Positions 50,269 through 60,197 of a stretch of DNA of 60,296 nucleotides are shown piece by piece. The stretch is from the NCBI GenBank assembly GCA_029936295.1, contig JAPYTH010000001.1, positions 44,274-104,569 on the forward strand. The letters are read 5' to 3'. The notes beneath the pieces are model-generated. The model was not told the DNA's origin, did no database searches, and saw only the letters and a list, made by a program, of their open reading frames with translations. Numbering within the stretch: position 1 is the stretch's first letter; the number at the start of each line of letters is the position of its first letter. Source of the DNA: Alphaproteobacteria bacterium. GTDB lineage: Bacteria > Pseudomonadota > Alphaproteobacteria > TMED109. The translations under genes were made by a program, and so were the position numbers.

Positions 50269-51405
50269 ATGACGCTTATAATCCAATCAGATGAGATATT
50301 AGATCTCTGTAATAAACTAAAATCAGAAAAATTTATATGCGTTGATACAGAATTTATACGAGAAAAATATTACCACCCAAAACTTTGTCTAATTCAAATA
50401 GGAGATTCAAAGGGGAATGGATGGGCAATAGACCCTTTAATAAAAAATATAAATTTACAGCCTCTTTACGAACTTTTTTTAAACGTAAAAATACTTAAAG
50501 TATTTCATTCACCAAGACAAGATTTTGAAATAATATTTAACATATTAAATAAAATACCTAAACCAATTTTTGATACACAATCTGCAGCTATGGCTTGCGG
50601 TTTTGGAGATTCAGCAAGTTATGAATCATTAGTAAATAATATAGTTAATATAAATTTAGATAAAAGTGCTAGATTTACTGATTGGCAGGTAAGACCGTTA
50701 TCTAAAAAACAAATAGATTATGCTATATCTGATGTAACACACCTTTCAAAAATTTATACTTATTTATGTGAAGAAATGATTAAAAATAATCGTTTAGATT
50801 GGATTAAGGAAGAAATTCATAAATTCTTTGATTTAAGTATATATGTTACAGAGCCAGCTAATGCTTGGAAAAGAATTAAGTTTTTTAGCTCTAATAAAAT
50901 TACTATGTCTGTTTTTAAAGAAATTGCCCAAATACGTGAAGAACTCGCAAAAAGTCTAAATGTTCCAAGAAATAAGATCATGAGAGATGATATAATAATT
51001 AAATTAGCCAAAAATCCTCCAAAAGATATAGCGGAACTTGATGAATTAAGAGGAATGAACCTAAAATATATGAATAGTTCACATAAAACTCTTATTTTAA
51101 AAAGTATAGAGACGGGAAAAAAGAATAATAATACAGATTGGTTAAATAATAATGTTAAAAACAACAATGTATCCAAAGCTGTTATAGATATATTAAAGAT
51201 TATTTTATTAAGTTGTGCTGAAAAATATAATATTTCGCCTCTACTTATAGCTAATAGAGAAGATATCAAGCATATAGCTCAAGGTAAAAAAGATGTTAAA
51301 GCTTTAAAAGGCTGGAGATATGAAATATTCGGGTCTTCAGCCTTAAAATTAATTGAAGGAAGCTTAACTCTTACAGTTAAAGATGGCTCTGTAATAATAG
51401 AATAA
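50269..51405 (+). CDS. rnd: Ribonuclease D
   Basis: DEDDy exonuclease motifs (ICVDTEF, VFHSPRQDF, YAISDVTHL) plus an HRDC-like segment (FKEIAQIREELAKSLNVPRN). Confidence 0.88.
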   Translation: MTLIIQSDEILDLCNKLKSEKFICVDTEFIREKYYHPKLCLIQIGDSKGNGWAIDPLIKNINLQPLYELFLNVKILKVFHSPRQDFEIIFNILNKIPKPIFDTQSAAMACGFGDSASYESLVNNIVNINLDKSARFTDWQVRPLSKKQIDYAISDVTHLSKIYTYLCEEMIKNNRLDWIKEEIHKFFDLSIYVTEPANAWKRIKFFSSNKITMSVFKEIAQIREELAKSLNVPRNKIMRDDIIIKLAKNPPKDIAELDELRGMNLKYMNSSHKTLILKSIETGKKNNNTDWLNNNVKNNNVSKAVIDILKIILLSCAEKYNISPLLIANREDIKHIAQGKKDVKALKGWRYEIFGSSALKLIEGSLTLTVKDGSVIIE

Positions 51406-51418
51406 ATATAATATTACC

Positions 51419-52204
51419 TTAATAAGTTCCTGGATAAGCTCCTCCATCTAGAAGAAGATTCTGTCCAGTAATATATCCCGCATGACTACTACATAAAAAT
51501 GCACATGCTGCACCGAATTCATCTGGTGTACCAAATCTACCTGAAGGATTTCCAGCTGCTCTAGCTGAACTAATTTCTTCTTCACTTTGACCTGTTTTCT
51601 GGGACATAAACTTAAAACCGCTTCTTAACCGATCTGTATCAAATGGCCCTGGTAAAATATTATTAATAGTAACATTATTTATAATTGTCTTACGAGCTAT
51701 TCCCGCAACAAATCCTGTTAATCCACTTCTGGCACCATTAGAAAGGCCTAAAATATCAATAGGTGCCTTTACTGAACTTGAAGTAATATTAATTATTCTT
51801 CCAAATTTCCTATTTTGCATTCCATCTACATAGGACTTAATTAGTTCTATTGGAGTGAACATGTTTGCTATACACGCATTCATCCAATCATCCCTATCCC
51901 AATCTCTAAAATCACCTGGAGGAGGGCCACCAGCATTATTAACTAAAATGTCAGGTGCAGGACAAAGTTTTAAAAGTTTACTTTGCTCTTCTTTAGAAGT
52001 TATGTCTGCACAAAACTCTATGACTTGTACACCAAACTCATTTCTTATTTCGTTAGCAGTAGATGATAATACTTCTTGATCTCGACCATTAATAACCAAA
52101 TCAACCCCTTCAGACGCTAAAGCTTTAGCACATCCTTTACCTAAACCTCTACTAGAAGCACATACAATCGCATTTTTTCCTTGAAGCCCCATATCCATAT
52201 ACAT
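51419..52204 (-). CDS. SDR-family oxidoreductase (atypical; no Tyr at the expected catalytic position)
   Basis: The Rossmann motif is IVCASSRGLGKG, followed by NNAG, NITSSS and the PG motif ILPGPFDT. The start could be any of three nearby ATGs (52204, 52198 or 52192). Confidence 0.8.
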   Translation of the reverse strand: MYMDMGLQGKNAIVCASSRGLGKGCAKALASEGVDLVINGRDQEVLSSTANEIRNEFGVQVIEFCADITSKEEQSKLLKLCPAPDILVNNAGGPPPGDFRDWDRDDWMNACIANMFTPIELIKSYVDGMQNRKFGRIINITSSSVKAPIDILGLSNGARSGLTGFVAGIARKTIINNVTINNILPGPFDTDRLRSGFKFMSQKTGQSEEEISSARAAGNPSGRFGTPDEFGAACAFLCSSHAGYITGQNLLLDGGAYPGTY

Positions 52205-52219
52205 TTCTCCTAAAGTTGA

Positions 52220-52888
52220 TTATAATTTAATAATATTTTTAATAAAAGGTATAGTAATTTTTTTTGTTTTTTCTATAGATTTAAAATCAATTTTAGAAAC
52301 TAATTTAGGTATAGCTTCAAAAGATCTATCAATTCTTTTTATTAAATAATCAATAACATCCATTTCAACTAAAACACCTTTATCTAAAAATTGCTTAATT
52401 AATAAGTTTCTTAACAATTTGTCATCAGGAAAACTTATATTAATCTGAGGCATAGAAAGTAATCTTGATTTTAAATCCGGCAACTCAAAATTTAATTGAG
52501 ATATAGAAAGCTCAGAGGTAATCATTAAATTATGTTTTTTTTCTATTAGCATATTGTAAAGATGAAATAATAATATTTCGGATTTCAACAACTCTATATT
52601 CTCAATTATAAGGCACTTTTTTTCTGAAAGTTTATCAATATTTCCATCTGAAATATCTGTCGCTTCTAAAATTTCTCCTTGGGATAATGTCTTTAAAACT
52701 TGAGCTAAATGACTCTTTCCAGAACCTAATGGGCCACAAACTATTAATCCAAATACGGTCCAATTAGGCCAAGTATCTAACCAAGCAACTGCTTCTTTAT
52801 TTACCTCACTCACAAAATAATCACTTCTACCCATTGATGGAATAGACCTTAGATTCAATATTAACTGCTGCTGAACAGAACTATTCAT
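52220..52888 (-). CDS. hda: Hda/DnaA-related regulatory ATPase
   Basis: 222 aa with Walker A GPLGSGKSHLAQVL and a DnaA domain III-like layout. It neighbours perM and is divergent from purM, as in other proteobacteria. Confidence 0.7.
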   Translation of the reverse strand: MNSSVQQQLILNLRSIPSMGRSDYFVSEVNKEAVAWLDTWPNWTVFGLIVCGPLGSGKSHLAQVLKTLSQGEILEATDISDGNIDKLSEKKCLIIENIELLKSEILLFHLYNMLIEKKHNLMITSELSISQLNFELPDLKSRLLSMPQINISFPDDKLLRNLLIKQFLDKGVLVEMDVIDYLIKRIDRSFEAIPKLVSKIDFKSIEKTKKITIPFIKNIIKL

Positions 52889-52900
52889 TTAAGTATTACC

Positions 52901-53911
52901 CTATGATTTGTTTTCTAAAAATACGACACATAAAACTGCAGTTAAAGGAATAGCAATCAAAACACCCAAAAGTCCAAACGCAGCACCACCCGCTAAAAGA
53001 GCAAACATTCCTACTAAAGGATGTAACCCAACATTTTTTGAAATATATTTGGGGACTAAGATATAAGATTCAATAAATTGACCAACAACAAATATTCCCA
53101 ATATATAGAATATTATTGAGAAAGTACTAAATTGTATTAGAGAAAATAATAATGTTATACTTAACCCTATAATTGTTCCTAAAAATGGAATAAATGATAA
53201 AATACCTATCATAAATCCTATACTTATTGCACCTTCAATCTTAAGGATAGATAAAAAACTAGAATAAAATATCATAAGTATTAAAGAAACAATAAATTGC
53301 CCCCTAAAGAAAGAAGACAAAACTATATCTATTTTTGGCAATTTATTATCTATAGTATTTTTATAATTTTTTGGAATATTATCTCTTACATATTTTATAA
53401 TTTTTTCCCAATCATAAAGAATATAACAAGTGACAACAGGAGTAATTATAATTAATCCTAAAATATTTAATAAAGCCTTGCCCTTACCAAAGGAAACACT
53501 AAATATATTTATTAAAATTTCAATTAATTCATTGCTTTTAGTAGATAAAATGTTCTTCAAAGAATCTAAATAATTATCATTTAAAATATTATGAAATTTA
53601 TCATCAATAAAATGTAGTAAATGTTCATAAATTAAAGGAAATTTTGAAATAATAATACTAAATTGTTCAATACACACTGGAATTAAAAATATAAACCCTC
53701 CAAAGAAAAAACATAAACTTATAAACAAAGCAATCAATACAGAAAATAAGTGAGCTAATCCTATACTTTCCAATTTTATTACTAAGGGATTAAGAATATA
53801 AGCTAGCAAAATACCTACAATAAATGGTAACAATATTGCAGATACTAACCATAAAAATGCCAAAAATAATAATATATATAAAAAAACAATATTATTTTTA
53901 TTTAATAACAA
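52901..53911 (-). CDS. AI-2E family transporter (PerM-like permease)
   Basis: 336 aa with multiple TM segments. It contains ...FIVGILLAYILNP and the C-terminal pattern GLHPLVGMFALLAGGAAFGLLGVLIAIPL. Confidence 0.8.
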   Translation of the reverse strand: MLLNKNNIVFLYILLFLAFLWLVSAILLPFIVGILLAYILNPLVIKLESIGLAHLFSVLIALFISLCFFFGGFIFLIPVCIEQFSIIISKFPLIYEHLLHFIDDKFHNILNDNYLDSLKNILSTKSNELIEILINIFSVSFGKGKALLNILGLIIITPVVTCYILYDWEKIIKYVRDNIPKNYKNTIDNKLPKIDIVLSSFFRGQFIVSLILMIFYSSFLSILKIEGAISIGFMIGILSFIPFLGTIIGLSITLLFSLIQFSTFSIIFYILGIFVVGQFIESYILVPKYISKNVGLHPLVGMFALLAGGAAFGLLGVLIAIPLTAVLCVVFLENKS

Positions 53912-53933
53912 TAATCTTCTCCTTATAAATCTA

Positions 53934-54692
53934 TCACTCTGCTAATAAAATAGAAGAGTCTTTTTTATAATTTTTGTGTTCCAGACCTAAAGGCTCTATA
54001 ACTCTCTTATTAAGATCAATTAAACTTATATGATATCCATCATGGACACTTAATCTTTTCTGTATGTCAATTCTAGATTTATTAAAAACTTTAAATAAAG
54101 AAGATTCATTTTCTATATTTATACTAGCCTGAATTAATGCATTATTATAGGAGAGAGATAAAATATTATACTCTATGAGCTCATCTATATTATTTAGATT
54201 GTTAATTAATAGTCGCCAATTTTGAAAATCATTAAAACTAGCATTTAAATTCATAATTTTGACATCCATATTATCATGGAAAGAGATATTATAATTATTC
54301 AACAGTTTACTTATTTCGTTTAAGTTATAAAATACTGAAAATTCGGCTTTATAATTCATATTAGATAATATCTCATAATGAATTTTATACCCTGTGACAA
54401 AGTTCTTAATATCTATTTCTTTATTATCCTTTAAAATTGATTTAATTAAAATATAATCTTCATTATTTAATTTCCAAGAAAGTAACTTTTTTAAACCTAA
54501 TAATATTGCTGCTTGTGTTGCATCGTATCTAGCTAACTTAATATCTTCAGAAATAATATCTATATTGATATTATCAACAGAGAAAAAATCGTTTGCATTG
54601 CCAGTATTATGAAATATTAATACACACAATAATATAATGAAACCGCATAGTAATTTTAAACTATATATAAAATATTTTATATTTTTAATCAT
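53934..54692 (-). CDS. Hypothetical exported protein (possibly DUF2066-like)
   Basis: 252 aa with an N-terminal TM/signal segment LLCGFIILLCVLIF. The family guess rests only on position (divergent from purM, upstream of perM-hda) and on ARYDATQAAILLGLKKLL. Confidence 0.45.
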   Translation of the reverse strand: MIKNIKYFIYSLKLLCGFIILLCVLIFHNTGNANDFFSVDNINIDIISEDIKLARYDATQAAILLGLKKLLSWKLNNEDYILIKSILKDNKEIDIKNFVTGYKIHYEILSNMNYKAEFSVFYNLNEISKLLNNYNISFHDNMDVKIMNLNASFNDFQNWRLLINNLNNIDELIEYNILSLSYNNALIQASINIENESSLFKVFNKSRIDIQKRLSVHDGYHISLIDLNKRVIEPLGLEHKNYKKDSSILLAE

Positions 54693-54771
54693 CTTTAACC
54701 ATTATAATTGCAAAACTATATATATCTAGTATCGTCTTATTAAAAATTTAAATATAGGATAAATATAAAAT

Positions 54772-55860
54772 ATGCAGAAATCAAAAAACAAAACAACTTC
54801 AAAAAATCTTACATATAAAGATGCAGGAGTAAATATTGAAGTTGGAAATAAGTTTGCCAAAGATATTAAGCCTATGGTAACTCAAACTAATAGATTAGGA
54901 GTTATGGGGTCAATAGGAGGCTTTGGAGGACTATTTAACCTCGCAGATTGCGGATATAAGAACCCTATACTTGTGGCAGCTACAGATGGAGTAGGCACAA
55001 AATTACTTATTGCAAAAGAAGTAAACAAACACGATACTATAGGAATTGATTTAGTAGCAATGAGTGTTAACGACATAGTAGTTCAAGGAGCAGAACCTCT
55101 TTTCTTTTTAGATTATTTTGCTACTAGCAATTTAAAATTAAATATAGCTAAACAGATAATAAAAGGAATAACTACTGGAGTAAAACTTGCAAATTGTGCC
55201 CTTATAGGCGGAGAAACGGCTGAATTACCTGATATATATACTAATAATAATTATGATTTAGCAGGATTTGCTGTAGGAGCTGTTGAAAAAAATAACCTCC
55301 TACCAAAAAATAGTCTAAAAGCTGGAGATACTATTATAGCTCTAAAAAGTTCTGGCATCCATTCAAATGGATTCTCATTAGTAAGAAAAATATTGAAGAA
55401 GAAGAATATTTCTTTAAATCAAAAAATTAAAGGTTTTTCCCAAAAATCTATTGGTGCACATTTACTTACACCAACAAAAATCTACGTGAAGTCTATACTT
55501 AATGAACATAAATTAGGTAATATAAAGGCATGTGCTCATATTACTGGAGGTGGCCTAATAGATAATTTACCAAGAGTTATTCCTAATTCTTTAACTGCTG
55601 TAATAAACGGAAAAAAAATTAAACCTAATAAAATTTTTCATTGGATGAAAGATATAGGAAATATAGAAAGTAATGAAATGCTAAAAACATTTAATTGTGG
55701 AATAGGCATGTGTATCATAGTTGAATCTAATAAAGCGAATCAAGTATTGAAAAATTTTATTAAACAAGGAGAAGAAGCTTCTATAGTTGGTAAATTAGAA
55801 GACAAAACTGACAACAAAGATCTTATAATAATTGAAGAAAATAAAATTTGGGATAAATAA
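54772..55860 (+). CDS. purM: Phosphoribosylformylglycinamidine cyclo-ligase
   Basis: YKDAGVNI, GGFGGLF, ATDGVGTKL, DLVAMSVNDI, GGETAE, HSNGFSL and HITGGG. Confidence 0.95.
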   Translation: MQKSKNKTTSKNLTYKDAGVNIEVGNKFAKDIKPMVTQTNRLGVMGSIGGFGGLFNLADCGYKNPILVAATDGVGTKLLIAKEVNKHDTIGIDLVAMSVNDIVVQGAEPLFFLDYFATSNLKLNIAKQIIKGITTGVKLANCALIGGETAELPDIYTNNNYDLAGFAVGAVEKNNLLPKNSLKAGDTIIALKSSGIHSNGFSLVRKILKKKNISLNQKIKGFSQKSIGAHLLTPTKIYVKSILNEHKLGNIKACAHITGGGLIDNLPRVIPNSLTAVINGKKIKPNKIFHWMKDIGNIESNEMLKTFNCGIGMCIIVESNKANQVLKNFIKQGEEASIVGKLEDKTDNKDLIIIEENKIWDK

Positions 55861-55875
55861 ACCTTAAATCAACAT

Positions 55876-56292
55876 TTATCCTACTATTTCATCCTGATCA
55901 AAAAAGAAGTTTATTTCAATTACTGCATTTTCAGCACTATCTGAACCATGAACTGAGTTAGCTTCTATTGATTCTGCGTGTGCTGCTCTTATAGTTCCTT
56001 CTTCTGCTTCAGATGGGTTTGTTGCACCCATTGTTTTTCTATACAAAGGTATGGCATTATCTGCTTCTAAGACTTGGACAACAACAGGTCCAGAAGTAAT
56101 AAATTCAACTAAATCCTTAAAGAAAGGTCTTTCCTTATGAACACCATAAAACTCTTCTGCTTGTGAAACAGATAAACGAATACGTTTTTGAGCAATAATT
56201 GATAGTCCTGCTTCTTCTATCATAGCATTAATTTTACCAGTTATTGATCTTCTTGTAGCGTCAGGTTTAATAATAGATAATGTTCTTTCCAT
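55876..56292 (-). CDS. ndk: Nucleoside-diphosphate kinase
   Basis: [21 protein letters not shown], and the active-site NSVHGSDS. Confidence 0.95.
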   Translation of the reverse strand: MERTLSIIKPDATRRSITGKINAMIEEAGLSIIAQKRIRLSVSQAEEFYGVHKERPFFKDLVEFITSGPVVVQVLEADNAIPLYRKTMGATNPSEAEEGTIRAAHAESIEANSVHGSDSAENAVIEINFFFDQDEIVG

Positions 56293-56327
56293 TTTTTTAT
56301 GCTCTCTAATTTAATAAAATTATAAAG

Positions 56328-57827
56328 TTATTCAAAACAATCTTTAACGTAAGTATTTAATAACCTAACACCAAAGGCTGTACCCCCGGCCGGATATAGT
56401 TCAGAATTACCTTTTGCCCAAGTTACTCCTGCAATATCTAAATGTGCCCAAGGAAGACTTTGAGTAAATTGTTCAATAAATTTAGCTCCTGAAGTTGCTC
56501 CCGCTCCTCTTCCAGAGCCCACATTCTTCATATCTGCTATATCTGACTTAATATCTTCATCATACTCTTCTCCCACTGGCATTCTCCAAACCTTTTCTCC
56601 GGTTTTTTCTCCAGAAGCAAATATATTATTGGCTAACTCATCGTTATTACTAAATAACCCAGCCCGTTGAGGACCTAAGCTTACTATTACAGCGCCGGTT
56701 AAAGTTGCTAAGTCTATCAATCTTTTTGGAGTGAACTTATTTATGGCATAAGTAACTGCATCAGCTAAAACTAATCTTCCTTCTGCGTCAGTATTAATTA
56801 CTTCAATAGAATGACCAGATGACGCTATAACTACATCTCCTGGTCTTTGAGCCTTTCCTGAAGGCATATTCTCGACTAGACCTACAACAGCTGAGACATG
56901 AACCTTTGCCTTTCTTCCAGCTAAAGCTTTCATAAGGCCAATTACTACTCCTGACCCCCCCATATCCCATTTCATATCTTCCATTCCACCGGAAGGTTTT
57001 ATAGATATACCACCAGTATCAAATGTAACTCCTTTTCCCACAAAACAAACTTCAGGCTTAGATTTACTATTTTTAGTGCCATTCCAACTCATACTTACCA
57101 CTCTAGGTTCATTAGCACTACCCATAGCTACTCCAAGTAAAGCTCCCATTTTTAAACGTTTTATTTGTGCCAAATTTAAAACTTCAACTTTTATTCCCAA
57201 AGTTTTTAATTTTGATGCTTCCTCTGAAAGAGTCTTAGGAGTTAAAATATTTGCAGGTTCAGAAACTAAATTACGCGTTAAATAAACACCTTCTTCTAAA
57301 GCTTTTAAAGGGGAATAATACACCTTTGCTAATGCAGGATCCTTTGTTATTATTTCAATTTCTTTAAGCGACTTATTAAAATTATTTTTACTTTTTAATT
57401 TATATTTATAAAAAGTATATGATCTTAATTTTATTCCGTGAATAATTCTTGCTGCTAATTCTTCCTTATTAATTTTAACCTTTTTACTAGGTTCAAAATA
57501 AATTGTTAAATTAGAAACAGACTTAGAAATAGAGGAAAATAAACCACCCCCAATTCTATCTGCTTTATCAATATCATAATTTTTTATACTTCCTACATAA
57601 TATACTAAAATTTCTTGTATTACTTTTCCATTATTTGCAAACAAACTTAAAGAACTTCCCTTTTTTGTATTTAACGATTTTGATTTAATTGCACTAGATA
57701 TAATTCCCTTAAATTCTTTGTCCAAACTGGCAAGGTTTCCTCTTAATTCTAAAGACTCATCAAGAATAGCTAATAACAAACCTTTTTTAGATATAGACTT
57801 AGAGACAAAAGATACTTTAATTGACAT
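56328..57827 (-). CDS. pepA: Leucyl aminopeptidase (M17)
   Basis: VGKGVTFDTGGISIKP, MKWDMGG, NTDAEGRLVLAD and ATLTGA. Confidence 0.93.
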   Translation of the reverse strand: MSIKVSFVSKSISKKGLLLAILDESLELRGNLASLDKEFKGIISSAIKSKSLNTKKGSSLSLFANNGKVIQEILVYYVGSIKNYDIDKADRIGGGLFSSISKSVSNLTIYFEPSKKVKINKEELAARIIHGIKLRSYTFYKYKLKSKNNFNKSLKEIEIITKDPALAKVYYSPLKALEEGVYLTRNLVSEPANILTPKTLSEEASKLKTLGIKVEVLNLAQIKRLKMGALLGVAMGSANEPRVVSMSWNGTKNSKSKPEVCFVGKGVTFDTGGISIKPSGGMEDMKWDMGGSGVVIGLMKALAGRKAKVHVSAVVGLVENMPSGKAQRPGDVVIASSGHSIEVINTDAEGRLVLADAVTYAINKFTPKRLIDLATLTGAVIVSLGPQRAGLFSNNDELANNIFASGEKTGEKVWRMPVGEEYDEDIKSDIADMKNVGSGRGAGATSGAKFIEQFTQSLPWAHLDIAGVTWAKGNSELYPAGGTAFGVRLLNTYVKDCFE

Positions 57828-57898
57828 TTAATTTCCTTTCATAGCTATTAATTATTCTTATAAAACAAATTATGCTATATTTTTATAAAAAAATAATC

Positions 57899-57927
57899 GT
57901 TAGTTTTATATTAGTTTTAGAACTAAC
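57899..57927. repeat. Direct repeat TTAGTTTTA x2 (57900-57908 and 57911-57919) plus an inverted arm AACTAAC (57921-57927) in the pepA/lptF divergent spacer
   Basis: Direct reading of cGTTAGTTttataTTAGTTttagAACTAACa. Either TTAGTT copy can pair with the single AACTAA. Confidence 0.6.
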
Positions 57928-57975
57928 ATATTTTTATAATTAAGCTAATAAAATATTATATGGATCTAACAAAAA

Positions 57976-59091
57976 TTGAATTTATTTATTATATACATAT
58001 ATAGACAATTGCTAGGTCCGTTTGTATTAATTATGATCAGCATGACTGGTATTGCTTGGCTTACTCAATCTTTAAGATTTATAGAGCTTATTGTTATTAA
58101 AGGACTACCTGTTAATATATTTATTAATCTTACGATTCTAATTATTCCTAAACTCCTAGCTACTATAATACCATTTATAGCATTTTTAGCATCTCTAATT
58201 ACTTACTTAAGGTTAAATACTGAGTCTGAATTAATTTCGATGAAATCTGCAGGAATTAATAATTTTAAAATACTTTTACCTGCCGTAATATTTGGAATTA
58301 GTTTGGGAGTTCTATCTATTTCTATAGAAAACTATGGTTCTCCATATGCATATAATAAATTTAAAAATTTACAGCATAATATTAGAAATAATTATATCTC
58401 TACTCTATTTCAGGAAAAAGTATTTTCTTCGCCCATTCCTGGACTAACTGTTTTTATAAAAGAAAGAGATAAAATTGGTAATTTCCAAGGAATTTTGATC
58501 CATGACGAAAGGGATTTAAATAAAACAATAAGCATTATTGCTGAAAATGGAAAAATTATAACTACACAAAATGGTGCTAGGTTTGCTCTAATAAATGGTA
58601 ATAGACAAGAAATTTCTAAGAATAAAAACGTCTCTATTTTATATTTTGATGAATATACTTTAAATATAAGCCATTATGATAAAGATACTTCACCTAGGTT
58701 TAAAGAAGCAAGCGAAAGAAATTTTTATGAGTTGTTTCACCCTGATAAAGATATCAATGAACTCTATAAAAAAGAATTTAAGGCAGAAGCCCATAAAAGA
58801 ATTATGACCCCTTTAATAATATTAATAATGGTGTTAATTGGTGCAATAACATCAATTATAGGAAAGTTTAATAGAAAAACCTCTATTAAAAATTTATTTT
58901 ACTCAATTAGTGCAGCTTTAATTATGCAAATTTATATTATTGCTGTTCCACAATTGATGATCCAATCCCCCAACCTTATTCCATTTATATATATTTTTGT
59001 ATTTATAATTTTATTATTTATAATATTTTTAATTTCAGATAAAGCAGAAAAAATAAAAGAGAAGATATTATATAATGTGAGATCGTCCTAA
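57976..59091 (+). CDS. lptF: LPS export ABC transporter permease LptF
   Basis: TTG start. YIYRQLLGPF is the YjgP/YjgQ N-terminal motif. The protein has six TM segments and a central periplasmic domain. It is divergent from pepA and followed by lptG. Confidence 0.8.
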   Translation: MNLFIIYIYRQLLGPFVLIMISMTGIAWLTQSLRFIELIVIKGLPVNIFINLTILIIPKLLATIIPFIAFLASLITYLRLNTESELISMKSAGINNFKILLPAVIFGISLGVLSISIENYGSPYAYNKFKNLQHNIRNNYISTLFQEKVFSSPIPGLTVFIKERDKIGNFQGILIHDERDLNKTISIIAENGKIITTQNGARFALINGNRQEISKNKNVSILYFDEYTLNISHYDKDTSPRFKEASERNFYELFHPDKDINELYKKEFKAEAHKRIMTPLIILIMVLIGAITSIIGKFNRKTSIKNLFYSISAALIMQIYIIAVPQLMIQSPNLIPFIYIFVFIILLFIIFLISDKAEKIKEKILYNVRSS

Positions 59092-59092
59092 A

Positions 59093-60190
59093 ATGTACTA
59101 TTTATTTTCTCCTTTGATGATATATTTTTTAAGACATGCTTCCGTATATTTTTTTACTATACTTATGATTTTATGTTTTATTACATCTTTGAGTGAATTT
59201 ATTGAATACAGTAAACAAACTTCTCATTTTAAAAATGATGCCTTTTATATATGCATTAAAATGACTTTATTTAAAATACCCATTAATATTCAAAAATTAC
59301 TACCATATGCAACATTTTTTGGAGCAATGATTTCTTTATTAAGACTATCCAAAAACTCGGAATTAATTGTAGCAAGAACTGCTGGATTAAATATATGGCA
59401 TTGTTGTTTACCACATGTTATTTTAGCATTTTTTATAGGAATATTTAGTGTAACAGTATTTAGCTCTATTACCTCTGTAACTCAAACAAAACTAATACAA
59501 TTAGACAACCAATATTTAAAAAAAAATAATAATAATTTACAAATATCCGGAGGAGGGTTCTGGTTGCATCAAAAAGAAGGAGATAAAACTGCTATAATTC
59601 ATGCAAATAAAATAGATCCTATAAAAATGGAACTTAATAAGGTAATTATTTTTAGATATACTGAAGATAACAAGTTTTATGAAAGAATTGATGGCGAAAA
59701 CACTAAATTGGAAGAGGGTTATTGGAAAATTGATAAAGGAATTAAAACAAATAAAAATTTAGAAACATCAGATTTTGTAGAATTACAATTACCAACTCAG
59801 CTAACAAGCTCACAAATAAAAGAAAGTTTTGCTAGACCAGAAACAATCTCTTTTTGGGGAACTAAAAAATTTATAGAAATTATTGAAAAGGCAGGTTTTA
59901 ACTCAAGAAAACATGTAATTTATTTACATAAAATGCTATCTACTCCTATTTTTCTAATTGGGATGGTTCTCCTTGGTGCAATTTTTTCTGTAAAGCCATT
60001 AGGAAGACATAGTATAGGAAAAAGATTATTTATTGCTATAATCTTGGCATTTGTTATCTTTTTTTTAAATGATGTAATAGCTGCTCTAGGACAAGGTTCC
60101 CAAGCACCTGCATTTCTTGCAGCCTGGATTCCTGCTCTTATACCAATATTTTTAAGTACAAGTATATTACTATATTTAGAAGATGGATAA
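59093..60190 (+). CDS. lptG: LPS export ABC transporter permease LptG
   Basis: YjgP/YjgQ architecture. The protein shows SELIVARTAGLNIW and the C-terminal LAAWIPALIPIFLSTSILLYLEDG. It starts 1 nt after the lptF stop. Confidence 0.85.
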   Translation: MYYLFSPLMIYFLRHASVYFFTILMILCFITSLSEFIEYSKQTSHFKNDAFYICIKMTLFKIPINIQKLLPYATFFGAMISLLRLSKNSELIVARTAGLNIWHCCLPHVILAFFIGIFSVTVFSSITSVTQTKLIQLDNQYLKKNNNNLQISGGGFWLHQKEGDKTAIIHANKIDPIKMELNKVIIFRYTEDNKFYERIDGENTKLEEGYWKIDKGIKTNKNLETSDFVELQLPTQLTSSQIKESFARPETISFWGTKKFIEIIEKAGFNSRKHVIYLHKMLSTPIFLIGMVLLGAIFSVKPLGRHSIGKRLFIAIILAFVIFFLNDVIAALGQGSQAPAFLAAWIPALIPIFLSTSILLYLEDG

Positions 60191-60197
60191 ATAAAAA

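Noticed and set aside
50817-51269. 150-aa antisense ORF inside rnd
   Set aside because: It encodes low-complexity Ile/Leu/Ser/Phe-rich sequence, lies fully inside the RNase D gene, and has no independent support.
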